Assembly: GCA_964035545.1 (NCBI GenBank)
Contig: OZ037769.1
Location: 16,894,633 to 16,958,632 of the forward strand
Length of the DNA stretch: 64,000 nt
DNA from: Bugula neritina
Lineage: Eukaryota; Animalia; Bryozoa
Direction: 5' to 3'
This document shows, piece after piece, positions 13,801 through 24,800 of the stretch. The translations under genes were made by a program, and so were the position numbers. Below the pieces are notes generated by a model. It ran no database searches. It saw only the letters and a program-made list of their open reading frames with translations, and was not told the origin of the DNA. Each line of letters begins with the position of its first letter. The stretch's first letter is position 1.

Positions 13801-16800
13801 TAATAATGTATTATATTATTGTATTATGTTATATTTGGCATTGATGTGTTGCAGAGATATGCAGGCATTAGATAGAATACGCAGACAAGACATCAAGCTA
13901 CTCAAGGAGCTCAGAGTTAACCATATCTGTGATCTAATGTTGGAGAATAAGAAAGTCAAGTATTTCCTCAAGTAAGTTTAACACTCGGTCCTAATAGGTT
14001 AACCTAGGATACCAAGTTTGTAGTTACCTTCTTGTCTCGTATTACGTAACGGATTAAGTGGGTTAGAAATATCTACTTGAGCTGTAAGTATTTATTGGAA
14101 AACTATCCTGAACAAATTATAAAACCTTTTTTGAAACAACTGCATGAGTCATCATCAGAAAGTAAGGTGTATATGAAATGACTTTGACCCAAGGATTTGA
14201 GTTATGCAATATTTAAGTTAACTAGATAAGAGTGTGTTATGTCTATATATTTCCACAGTGTGTTATGTCAATATATGTTGACAGTGTGACATCTTCGGAG
14301 AAGGTTGATAAACTCAACAGGTACTCTGATTTCTCTCTCTGGAGTCTACCATATCCTGGATGTGAATTCTTTAAGGTATGGAGTTATCACACTTTGAGAC
14401 TCAGTTACTTGGGAGGATAACTCTGCATTATACTTTTCTACATTCATTTTTATATATTCTGTAATTATTTTGTTTGAATTTTTTTATGATGCCTAAATTT
14501 ATGATAAGACAACTGAAAGAAATCATTTTTAAAGTAGGCTGTTGGAATAAGCGTTTAGCGTGTCACTTGTGGAGTTTGTATGAGCTTATGTTTACAATGT
14601 TATGTACAGGTGTGAGTTTATATTGCTGTGTTATGTACAGGTGTGAGTTTATATTGCTGTGTTATGTACAGGTGTGGAGGGACAGAGATTACGATGCGGA
14701 TAGAATAGTGTTTGACTGGAGTCAGGAGTTTGTAAATTCCGAGTTGGAGATTCCTCAGGAATCCCCCCACCTGCACATACCTGACATTTGCTGGAAGGAA
14801 TACAAGACTTGGAGTTTGATTAAACTCACACAGAACTACCTGAATATTATACTCCGACATGTACAGTCAGGTGTGTTACTATATGAATATTATACTCACA
14901 TATATATACAGTATATTACTATATAAATATTATACTCACATATATACAGTATATTACTATATATGAATATTATACTCACATATATACAGTATATTACTAT
15001 ATATGAATATTATACTCACATATATACAGTATATTACTATATAAATATTATACTCACATATATATACAGTATGTTACTATATGAATATTATACTCACATG
15101 TATACAGTATATTACTATATAAATATTATACTCACATATATGCAGTATATTACTATATGAATATTATACTTACATATATACAATATATTATTATATGAAT
15201 ATTATACTTACATATATGCAGTATATTACTATATGAATATTATACTTACATATATACAGTATATTACTATATGAATATTATACTCACATATATGCAGTAT
15301 ATTACTATATGAATATTATACTCACATATATACAGTATATTACTATATGAATATTATACTCACATATAGGCAGTATATTACTATATGAATATTATACTTA
15401 CATATATACAATATATTAATATACGAATATCTCCACAGGAGACTCGGGTCTTCTAGTCCACTGTATCTCGGGGTGGGACCGGACCCCCCTCTTCATATCT
15501 CTGGTTAGACTGTCTCTCTGGGCCGATGGTCTCATACATAAATCCCTCTCATCTCTAGAAATACTCTACTTCACAGTAGCATACGACTGGTACCAGTTCG
15601 GGTGAGTCACCCACACTTCCTGTTTGATAGTCTTCCTGTCTGGGAGCCATTTTGAATTATCCATCTTGTTTTTGTCACTTTTTATTTCAGGATCACTCTT
15701 GTACGTTTGGGTTTTGCTTTGTGGGTTTTTCTTTTGTTGAATCTATTTCATTGTATTTCTTTCGAGTTATAGTACTCATTCAACTAACTCGTACTGACCT
15801 CAACTCGTCTGTTTGTAGCCATGATTTGCCGGATCGTCTGCAGAAGGGAGAGGAAATCATGTTCTTCTGCTTCTACTTCCTCAAGTTCTTCCAATCAGAG
15901 GAGTTCATCGTTCACTTTCCAACGTAAGACTAGTTCATTGTTCACTTTCAGATTCTACCACGTTGGTCTATCATGTGATATATTGTTGTTCTTCTACTCA
16001 ACCTATTAACCAATGGCTTTTCCCATAACCCCCCTTTTCCCACTTCACTTCCTGCCATTGCTTCTTAATCAGTCGCTTTTCATTTCATCTGCTAGCAATT
16101 GTAAAAGCTTTATTGATTGGTCCAACGGTTTTAGTAAGTGAGCTCATTAGCTGGCAAATTGCTCTTCAATAAGAAACCAGTTCATCGGTTGGCTGATTAA
16201 TTTTAGCGCGAGTCGGTCACGGAATGTCTCCTCAACTGACCTAGATATGCACTATCCAATGGGAGTGTTGCTAGACGCTGACTTTCCACCCTTCGGCAGC
16301 TCCTCTAGTCTGTGTAGTGACCAGAGCATGTCCAGTCGCTCCGATGCCGCGCCTCAGCTCTTCATGGTCGAGTCGACCGAGAAAGACGGCACGATGACTA
16401 GCTGCCCCTCCAGCTCTGCCCTCAATGGGTCAGAACCTCTGCTAACTTTACACTCCTTGCCCTTGCATCATTCTTATGTTTGTTGCTCTTCAAAACCTGA
16501 TCTGTGTAGGTTTGGTTCAGGAAATTAAATTAATGTCAGAAATTGTCTTATCTTAGTGGTTCTGTTTATATATCTTGGTATTTCAGGTCAAGGCCAGTTT
16601 CCGTGCCTCTCAGAGTTGCAGATTCCGGTAGCGGTTCATCTGGCAGGAGGAGCGACTCCCCATCTGTTGGCAGGTGTGTAGGTCCTTATATATCAGTATA
16701 TTAGCTATGTGGCAGGTGGTCACAGGTGTTACAGTATACTAGCTATGTGGCAGGTGGTCACAGGTGTTACAGTATACTAGCTATGTGGCAGGTGGTCACA

Positions 16801-17544
16801 GGTGTTACAGTATATTAGCTATGTGGCAGGTGGTCACAGGTGTTACAGTATACTAGCTATATGGCAGGTTGTCACAGGTGTTACAGTATATTAGCTATCT
16901 AACAGGTGGTCACAGGTGTTACAGTATATTAGCTATGTTACAGCTGGCAGGTGGTCACAGGTACCGGGAGTTATGTAGAGTCCGTTTCTCCGCACTCAGG
17001 AACAGACGCCCACCGCCGCCTCTCCAGTTCCGGTGAATTCTCCAGACACTCAGCTAGTCTGTGAGTTGAATATTTCTTAGCGTTTGATCCTAAACTTTAG
17101 AGATTAGACTCTGGCTCTACCATCTGAGCAACTCAATCTGTGTTCTCTTGACCTGTTTATTGCCAGAAAATAAGGCTGAGATAACTTTTATGTCTTTTGG
17201 TTTGAATCAGACGAAGTTTTGCTTGCATCATTTCTTCATATGAAATATCTGTCCGTCATTTGCCTTCTTTCTCTTGGTCTGTCCGTCTCTTATATTCACT
17301 TTTATTTACATCCTTCTGTCCTTCACCTTTATCTTCTCATACAACTGAACATTAACTCTGCTCTTGCAGTTCCGAACTTCATCACGAACCTTCCCCACGG
17401 CGGACTCGGCTGGAGGAAGTGAGGTCACTGTTCTATCACGCGTACGCTTCCACCGTCGGCTTCAAGAACGGCACCGACGATAGCTCCAATCTATTCGATA
17501 TGTTGACGGACAAAATGGTCGCCCTCGGCAACAAGCTTGCCTGA
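10826..17544 (+). CDS. MTMR14: Myotubularin-related protein 14 (Jumpy/EDTP-type phosphoinositide 3-phosphatase), 14 coding exons, about 586 aa
   Basis: Exons 10826-10921, 12157-12213, 12630-12827, 13043-13115, 13447-13507, 13855-13971, 14285-14375, 14672-14870, 15439-15601, 15819-15923, 16207-16428, 16587-16673, 16944-17060, 17370-17544 total 1761 nt with phases matching. Intact CX5R catalytic motif VHCISGWDRTPLFISL; also RFARCRTRFVVPVI, VTSSEKVD, PYPGCEFF, GEEIMFFCFYFLK, SWQVVTGTGS. Confidence 0.95.
13117..13362. repeat. Degenerate (AGT)n microsatellite in an MTMR14 intron
   Basis: Directly visible. Confidence 0.85.
14841..15430. repeat. About 36-bp minisatellite (ATGAATATTATACTCACATATATACAGTATATTACTAT) filling MTMR14 intron 14871-15438
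   Basis: Directly visible; the unit resembles the 3' end of the upstream exon. Confidence 0.92.
16702..16962. repeat. 38-bp minisatellite (TAGCTATGTGGCAGGTGGTCACAGGTGTTACAGTATAC), 6 copies plus the true exon start
   Basis: Directly visible. Confidence 0.95.
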
Positions 17545-18449
17545 CTTCCTGTAGAAATCGTGTCATATAACTATCATGTAGCGGAGTTTAAGGCATTTTA
17601 ATTATTATTATGTAAATAAGTTTATATTTTATATAATAATGTTTTAGTGCTCCAAGTAACATGACTTGCTCATTGCTGTTTATTAATATTATTAAATAAT
17701 GTTAAGTCTTTATTCCATCAGCTTACTATTGCAGCTTCCCACCCAAGTTTCTCTCCTGGGTGTAGCTATGCATTTCTGTGAGTCACTTCTACTAAACGGT
17801 GATTGTTTTTATTTTAAATTGAATTTCTTGTAACTTGTTGGGTGCTGCCTATCCTTGTTATACATGTTCAACTGCTGCCTAGTTTTACTCGACTGTAGTT
17901 AAGTATTCTGCACTTCATTTTATATTATTTCGTCTTATGTCCGTATATTATATTACAATATTCTCTTTGTAGAAGACTTGTTAATAGTTTACATGTGCAT
18001 TAGATACCTACATCATATTCTATGTTTCATTTATATTGTTTTATGTATCAACTTGTGATTTTATTTCCATTTGATGTAACAAATTGTAATATATTAAATA
18101 TTATGTTATGGTATATTGATCTTTGTTGTATATTTTATTAGAATTTAAGAGTCGTCTTCCCAATTGGGATTTGTTAAATGGTTGTTCTATATCAAAGCTG
18201 CCTGTGGAAAGACTCATTTTCAATTTTATGAGTCTTAAGGTAAAAAGTAATTGTCTAATATAACATCAATGTAAGGAAAGTTCTGGAAAACTAGCTCTAT
18301 ACTTAATAATGTAGTCGACACATGATAAGCATAATAATCTTTTCCTTGTTAAACTGTGGACGTTCCAACATATTATCAGTATGCTCTTACCCTACACCTA
18401 TTGGAATAATCTATGTGAGAGAAAGCATATGGTAGCAGTCTACTGTTGG

Positions 18450-18456
18450 TATATAA
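18450..18456 (+). promoter_or_regulatory. Putative TATA box of the D8C/NWT-repeat gene
   Basis: TATATAA about 40 nt upstream of the ATG at 18493. Confidence 0.45.
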
Positions 18457-18492
18457 GGTTCATGTTCCTTTTACATGTCTTCTATCTACACT

Positions 18493-20316
18493 ATGAGGGA
18501 GTTACGTCTTGTTCTTTCTGCCTTCTGCATTGTCATTGCGGCAGATTTGAGTTCCGCTGCCGTCTTGCCGGGATCCTCAGTACTTCAGCCAGTTTACAAC
18601 TATGACCTGAGAATTCAAGTGCTACACACCATTCTCACTCTAGAGTGTCCTCACTACTCCTACTATGACAAACCTTTGGGTCGACGGCAGCAAGACTTGA
18701 GTGACCTTGAAGCTGATAGGTTAGTATACAGGAAGTTGTACAAAGATTTGATGGAATGCAGGAGATCCAGAGAGCAGACAACTTCTTATAAGGTTACTTC
18801 CACTACAGAGTGGTCGTTAGGAAACAACACTCTGAATTCTACTGTCCTTCCATCTAACTGGACCAAACCTTCATCTAATTGGACCAAACCTTCATCTAAT
18901 TGGACCACACCTCCTTCTAATTGGACCACACCTCCATTCAACTGGACCATGCCTCCTTCTAACTGGACCACTCCTCCATCTAATTGGACCATGCCTCCAT
19001 TTAATTGGACCACACCTCCATCTAATTGGACCATGCCTCCATTTAATTGGACCACACCTCCATCTAATTGGACCATGCCTCCATTTAATTGGACCACACC
19101 TCCATCTAATTGGACCACATCTCCATCTAATTGGACCACACCTCCATCTAACTGGACCGTGCCTCCATCTAATTGGACCATGCCTCCATTTAATTGGACC
19201 ACACCTCCATCTAATTGGACCATGCCTCCATTTAATTGGACCACACCTCCATCTAATTGGACCACATCTCCATCTAATTGGACCACACCTCCATCTAACT
19301 GGACCGTGCCTCCATCTAATTGGACCAAACCTTCATCTAATTGGACCAAACTGTCATCTAATTGGACCACACCTCCATCTAACTGGACCACACCTCCATC
19401 TAATTGGACCAAACCTTCATCTAATTGGACCAAACCGTCATCTAATTGGACCACACCCCCATCTAATTGGACCATGCCTCCATCTAATTGGACCATTCCT
19501 CCATCTAATTGGACCATGCCTCCATTTAACTGGACCATACCTCCATCTAATTGGACCACATTTCCATCTAATTGGACCACACCTCCATCTAACTGGACCA
19601 TGCCTCCATCTAATTGGACCAAACCTTCATCTAATTGGACCAAACCTTCATCTAATTGGACCAAACCGTCATCTAATTGGACCACACCTCCATCTAACTG
19701 GACCATACCTCCTTCTAATTGGACCACATCTCCATCTAACTGGACCATGCCTCCATCTAATTGGACTGCACCTTCATCTAACTGGACCACATCTCTTAAT
19801 TGGACCACGCTTACAAATAATTTGACATCAATTCCTAATCAATCTAATGATAACTCATTTACAGCAAACATCTCTACTGGAGGAAATGTAACACAACTTC
19901 CAAAAGAGTGCCTGGAAGCTCAGTTTTTCACAGAGTCATGGCGTTTGCGTCACAATGGAGATGATTTCCGTGGATCCGGTAACCACTCTTTCTTTGGATA
20001 CGCCTGTGACCTGCACCAGATCCAGTGGTTCAGGTTTTCTGGTGCTGCTGGGAGTCGTCTGCTAAACACCTGCCCTCCTCCGGAGAGCTGTGGTACGAGT
20101 CTTCCAATATGGAGTGACGCAGATATGCCGGACTCAGTAGGCGTCGTTACTAATGTCGAAGCATACGCCGTCTCGTATTCAGGTGATTGTAAGAGCGACA
20201 CATACCCTCTCAGCGTTATGAGATGTTCTCACTCAGCCAATGATTTCATCTACAAGCTAGTCAACCCTGTCACTCATAATTATCCTTGCTTCACAGCTTT
20301 CTGTGGTATGAGATAA
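18493..20316 (+). CDS. Secreted protein: signal peptide, short helical region, 46x NWT heptad repeat, C-terminal D8C/D10C (uromodulin/GP2/OIT3-type) domain
   Basis: Single uninterrupted ORF (track ORF 18475-20316). The second Met (18493) gives the signal peptide MRELRLVLSAFCIVIAADLSSA and lies downstream of TATATAA at 18450. The C-terminus CLEAQFFTESWR...ACD...QWFRFSGAAGSRLLNTCPPPESCGTSLPIW...C...VMRC...FIYKL...CFTAFCG fits the D8C pattern. No ZP, TM or GPI segment. AATAAA at 20501. Confidence 0.88.
   Translation: MRELRLVLSAFCIVIAADLSSAAVLPGSSVLQPVYNYDLRIQVLHTILTLECPHYSYYDKPLGRRQQDLSDLEADRLVYRKLYKDLMECRRSREQTTSYKVTSTTEWSLGNNTLNSTVLPSNWTKPSSNWTKPSSNWTTPPSNWTTPPFNWTMPPSNWTTPPSNWTMPPFNWTTPPSNWTMPPFNWTTPPSNWTMPPFNWTTPPSNWTTSPSNWTTPPSNWTVPPSNWTMPPFNWTTPPSNWTMPPFNWTTPPSNWTTSPSNWTTPPSNWTVPPSNWTKPSSNWTKLSSNWTTPPSNWTTPPSNWTKPSSNWTKPSSNWTTPPSNWTMPPSNWTIPPSNWTMPPFNWTIPPSNWTTFPSNWTTPPSNWTMPPSNWTKPSSNWTKPSSNWTKPSSNWTTPPSNWTIPPSNWTTSPSNWTMPPSNWTAPSSNWTTSLNWTTLTNNLTSIPNQSNDNSFTANISTGGNVTQLPKECLEAQFFTESWRLRHNGDDFRGSGNHSFFGYACDLHQIQWFRFSGAAGSRLLNTCPPPESCGTSLPIWSDADMPDSVGVVTNVEAYAVSYSGDCKSDTYPLSVMRCSHSANDFIYKLVNPVTHNYPCFTAFCGMR
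18856..19806 (+). repeat. Coding 21-bp tandem repeat (consensus AATTGGACCACACCTCCATCT; NWT[T/M/K]P[P/S]S), 46 units
   Basis: First AAC at 18856, last AAT at 19798 (44 intervals of 21 nt plus one of 18 nt). The frame is kept throughout. Confidence 0.97.
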
Positions 20317-21807
20317 TTTATTATATGACTTATTTGTTGATCCTAGTTGTCACATGATCATTTGTTGGTCCTAGTAGTCACGTGATCATTTGTGAAGAGC
20401 TTTTTATATGTGTTGTCTGGAAATCAGTTTTTGATTTTAAAGACGAAGTCATATATATGATTTAACTGCAAAAAGTTGCAAAATTATATTATTTTGATGG
20501 AATAAAGTAAAATTGACAACTTCAAAACCTAGCTGTGCTACCCAATATTGAAAATATTCTATAACACTTTTAACTTTGTCAATCCCATTAACCTGTTGGT
20601 GTATTCTCATAGTATAGAGCTATTTTAGAGACTTCACCTTGACCTAGCAGACTGGTATCTGGCAAGCAATGTGTAGTGTCTGTGCTTAATCTAAACTTAG
20701 CCAAGCCAAAAAATGTAGACAGACAGACAAGCCAAAACATGCAACTTGATGCTAAACATATATTGCTACATTCTCCATAATTCTTCAGATCAGACAACCC
20801 TGACATATGTATCCCACTGGAAAGCAGCAATCAATTTCTCCCACATGCACACAGTGTGTTTATACTCGTTTGGTGTACAGAGACAGCTGCAATCCTACCT
20901 GCGCTGAATAGATCACAAATATTAAATACTCCTTCTCCCCCTCTCCCCCTTTACTGTATCCCCTAAGTTATATCTCATAGCACAAAATTGTTTGCGTGTA
21001 CTTTAATAGATTTCTTTCAGTTTATGCAGATGTTACTCTGGCACACTTTTTCTCGACACTGCTTATTTTATGCCTAAACTGTCACCTTGAAACATCTCGG
21101 ACTGAAACACAATACGCCAATACTACTTGCTTGCTTCATAAAAAGTGGGCGGAGTTTGTTGGACTATGCATTTTTGAGCTCAAAATTGTAACAAGTTTCC
21201 TTTTCCTTCCACAACATTTCTCAGCACATTATATTAAAATTTATGCTTTTCAAACCTCAATGACAATTTTATTTTTTACTGCCCTGTAAATTATTTACTT
21301 TATTGAGTCCAATGAAATGTATATCTCCTAAACCTTTTAATTTATAGTTTTAAAAAGGTAAACGGTTTTTAATTTGTCTGACATATAAATATGTTTTACA
21401 TTTCCTTTAACTATAAAAACATGAATGTGGAATTTTTAAAAGGCAAGAGTTATTAGCTGGATATTATATGGCATGCATATTTCATTGCAACATGCAGCTA
21501 GAATAGATACCATGTCAACATCAATCAATCACTTTTCAATGTATCTTATTTGCGTGTAGCAATTGGTATGTGACTGTCATTAATATATTGGAAATATACA
21601 AGACACGCCTATCACCTCCCCTACCGACAAATGCTTTGGTTTTCCAACTAAATATATGCTGATGATAACAGAAGAATATAAACTCACAATCTCGACTGAT
21701 CAACGCACTCTGTACCAGATCTGTGCAACGACAAGACCTTAGTAGAGTTGACTGCAGCACGCGAACAGCACACTTAACGTCTCCTGGTATATTGCTGCGA
21801 GAATAAA

Positions 21808-24800
21808 ATGGATTCTCTATTTTTATTTGGAGTAATTTGTATGGTAAGCAAGTTTTTATTGTGTTTATAGGCTTAGAGTATAAAAATGTAATACTAATAT
21901 TTAAATCAATTTATGTAATATATTGCACAACCAATAAATATTGCATATAAGGCTACAAGATATATATAACAGTAAATCTAATTTGTTTTAGTTATTGTGG
22001 CTTACGACTGTTGTTTTTATTTATACTGTTTATATCTCTAGGGAAGAAGTTAATCCTTTGGTATTACATATAATATACAAGCCTTTAAAACTTGTTAAAA
22101 GGTGCTTCATTGCTCAGGCTTTAAAGCATTTATGTAGCTCATGGCTTTCAGCACAATTAAGTGTTGCTGCAACTTTATTTTGAAGTTGAGAATTGACTAG
22201 AAGAATAAATTAATATTCCATCAAGGGAAAGGGCGTCCACCTATGCTAAATTATGTATATTAGCTAGAGCAATTGTATTATCATTGTTTCATGAAGATGA
22301 GGAGGTGAGCATGTTAGTCAGGTGTGTATGTCTACAGCTGGGTGGGACCGGTGAGCAACATCTAGCCTGTGATCTATGTGTTTACTAGGTTCTCTCAGGG
22401 GTGGCTGGCTGGTGCCCCCCACACACTAGCATCAGAACTTCACCTATCAGAGGTCTAGATTTCCCCAGAGCGCTCCATCAGTCTTGCTGCCAGGGGAGAG
22501 GCAACTCCTGTGGATGTGGTGGAGGACTTCAGTGCTGCCCCAACACCGACATCAGATTCATGTGTGTAGGTCAGTAAGACATCAGGTTCATGTGTGTAGG
22601 TCAGTATGGCAACAGGTTCATTTCGATAGGATTTCTGTTTGGAGCTGTAAATGTGTGTCATTGTAAAAACACAACTTATATTAGATTGCAGTTGCAGTTT
22701 GTATTACATTTATATATTTATTTATTTATATATTACATTTCAGATGCGTGTAATATGATGTATTTAGTAATGTTATTACAAGCCCTTTAACGCAAATTTG
22801 ATCCATTAAATAACAATTAGAAAAAAATTGAGCTTCCAAATAATAAACCATGTAGCACTTCTTCATTATCACATTTTTAATGATTTCTTAAAACTATGCT
22901 GTTGGGGGGAATACCTACTGATAACCTCTGCTGCCTGAATGGTGTTCTAATGCAAACCCTTGGTGTTAGTATACAGGTACTAAGCTCCATGTACCTTTAC
23001 CAGGTTAATAGTTATGCTAACAACTGTGCTCTAACAACAATAGTTGCCATGGTTACTGTATCAATTCGCCATCTCTACAACAATGTTTCCCTGTGTTTGA
23101 ATTTACCTCACGCAGCCAAGTTCTGCTATCAGCTGCTGGTATGCAGTAGAGTTGGTTATTTAGTTGTGTTGAACTTTACTCTCAGCTACATGAATATAGG
23201 TGTATAGTAAACTTGTAGGAGTTGTCTTTACTCTTTCCTTGCGAGACTCAAGGGGTCTTTCAGTTTAGTTATTGTTTTTATTCAAAAGCTTTGAGGTTAA
23301 ATTTACGAGTTTTCTTGTCATATATTTACAATTTCCTATACAAGAAAAATTCTTATTACTTTTGTTTATAATCTCCACTCCTGTAAGAACCCCCCCCCCC
23401 CAAGGTAGCTACAGGCTGTGCCATGCTGGCAATGTGCTCTTTGTGACATCATGCCAATGTTTTGCTGGAACTGAACTCATGACCTCTGCTATACTAGACC
23501 CGAGCTCTCACCACTAGACTACAACTACCACCCTAATAGTGTCTGCAGGAAAAACCTAGAACAGATGTTTGATTCTATACAAATCTCACAGTTATAACTA
23601 TAAATTTCTTTTTCACTGCTAAATTAATAAGCCCCACTCATTCACAAAATTTACTGTAAATTTTATATTCCTTATTAACAAGCTCTAATAGAGTTTGCAG
23701 AAAGCCTAAGAATATATTATTAATTATATTTTATTATATTACATAATTTGTATATTGGAAGATCTTACATATATTATATTACACTATGCTGTACTATACT
23801 GTATTATATTATATTATATATTATATTACATCCTATTATATTATATTATATTATAGTATATTTTTATGTATTGGAAAGATAAATATTATATCAGGCATCC
23901 TTTGAAGACAAAGAAAATATTTGGCTGGAGAAGTTTTGTTCTTGTCAGTTGGCCGATGTTCAAATACTAATATGAAATATTTGGCATATTTTAATCTACC
24001 AATTACTATTTCCTGACGACAGAAAAGTATTTTACACAAAAAAACTTTTTAGTTTTCCTGCTTCAGAAATTATCTTTTTCTATTTTCTTTTATGAGTCAT
24101 AAAATACCAAAAGGGCGTATATTTTTATTAGCTTCAGCACTTTAGTTTTGGTGTAGCGTCAGTTTTGTATTAATAGTTAAATATTTTTATTGCATAAAGC
24201 AGCTAACGACCTATTTTTTTGTAAAAGATATTAACCAGTGATAACTGGTAAAAGGTGAAAAATATATACCTATATAGAAAGAGAGGAGTAAAATGTTTAG
24301 TGTACTCATTAAATCGGAGTATTTATGGCCAATTCTTCTTCAAGATCTGCTGAGGTCAAAATTTTGAAAAGCTTTTTTGAACTTAAAAATGTCAAAAATT
24401 TAATTTAACTCTGGCACCACTAAGTTTCAGCTGAATATATATGGGTCCTCTTTATTTGTTCATTCATGGAAGGAATTTACAGTAATTGAACATAGCGGAA
24501 GGGAATATTTTATGTTATTATAGAATGGTAAGTCCCGGAGGCAATATTGTACAGTCTGTTAGGTGCCCGTCTGTTATACCCAGCAAAGTATTTTAATTAA
24601 CTCAGCTAATATGGATTAAGGGATTAGTGGTAATAAGTGGTTTGCCTGTCGCGGTTATTTATGGCTACAGTTGAAGCTATAAATAGCTGCGGTCATTTAA
24701 TCTAATGCAAGTAGAGAAAGTTTAAAGGGAGTTCCTATAATATCATGTTACACAATCAAACTGGAAGTTTTACCTTGATGTGCATAATATTATATCCTAA

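Noticed and set aside
18786-19808. 340-aa antisense ORF (VQLDGG repeats)
   Set aside because: Shadow of the 21-bp coding repeat; it spans little more than the array and has no unique domain.
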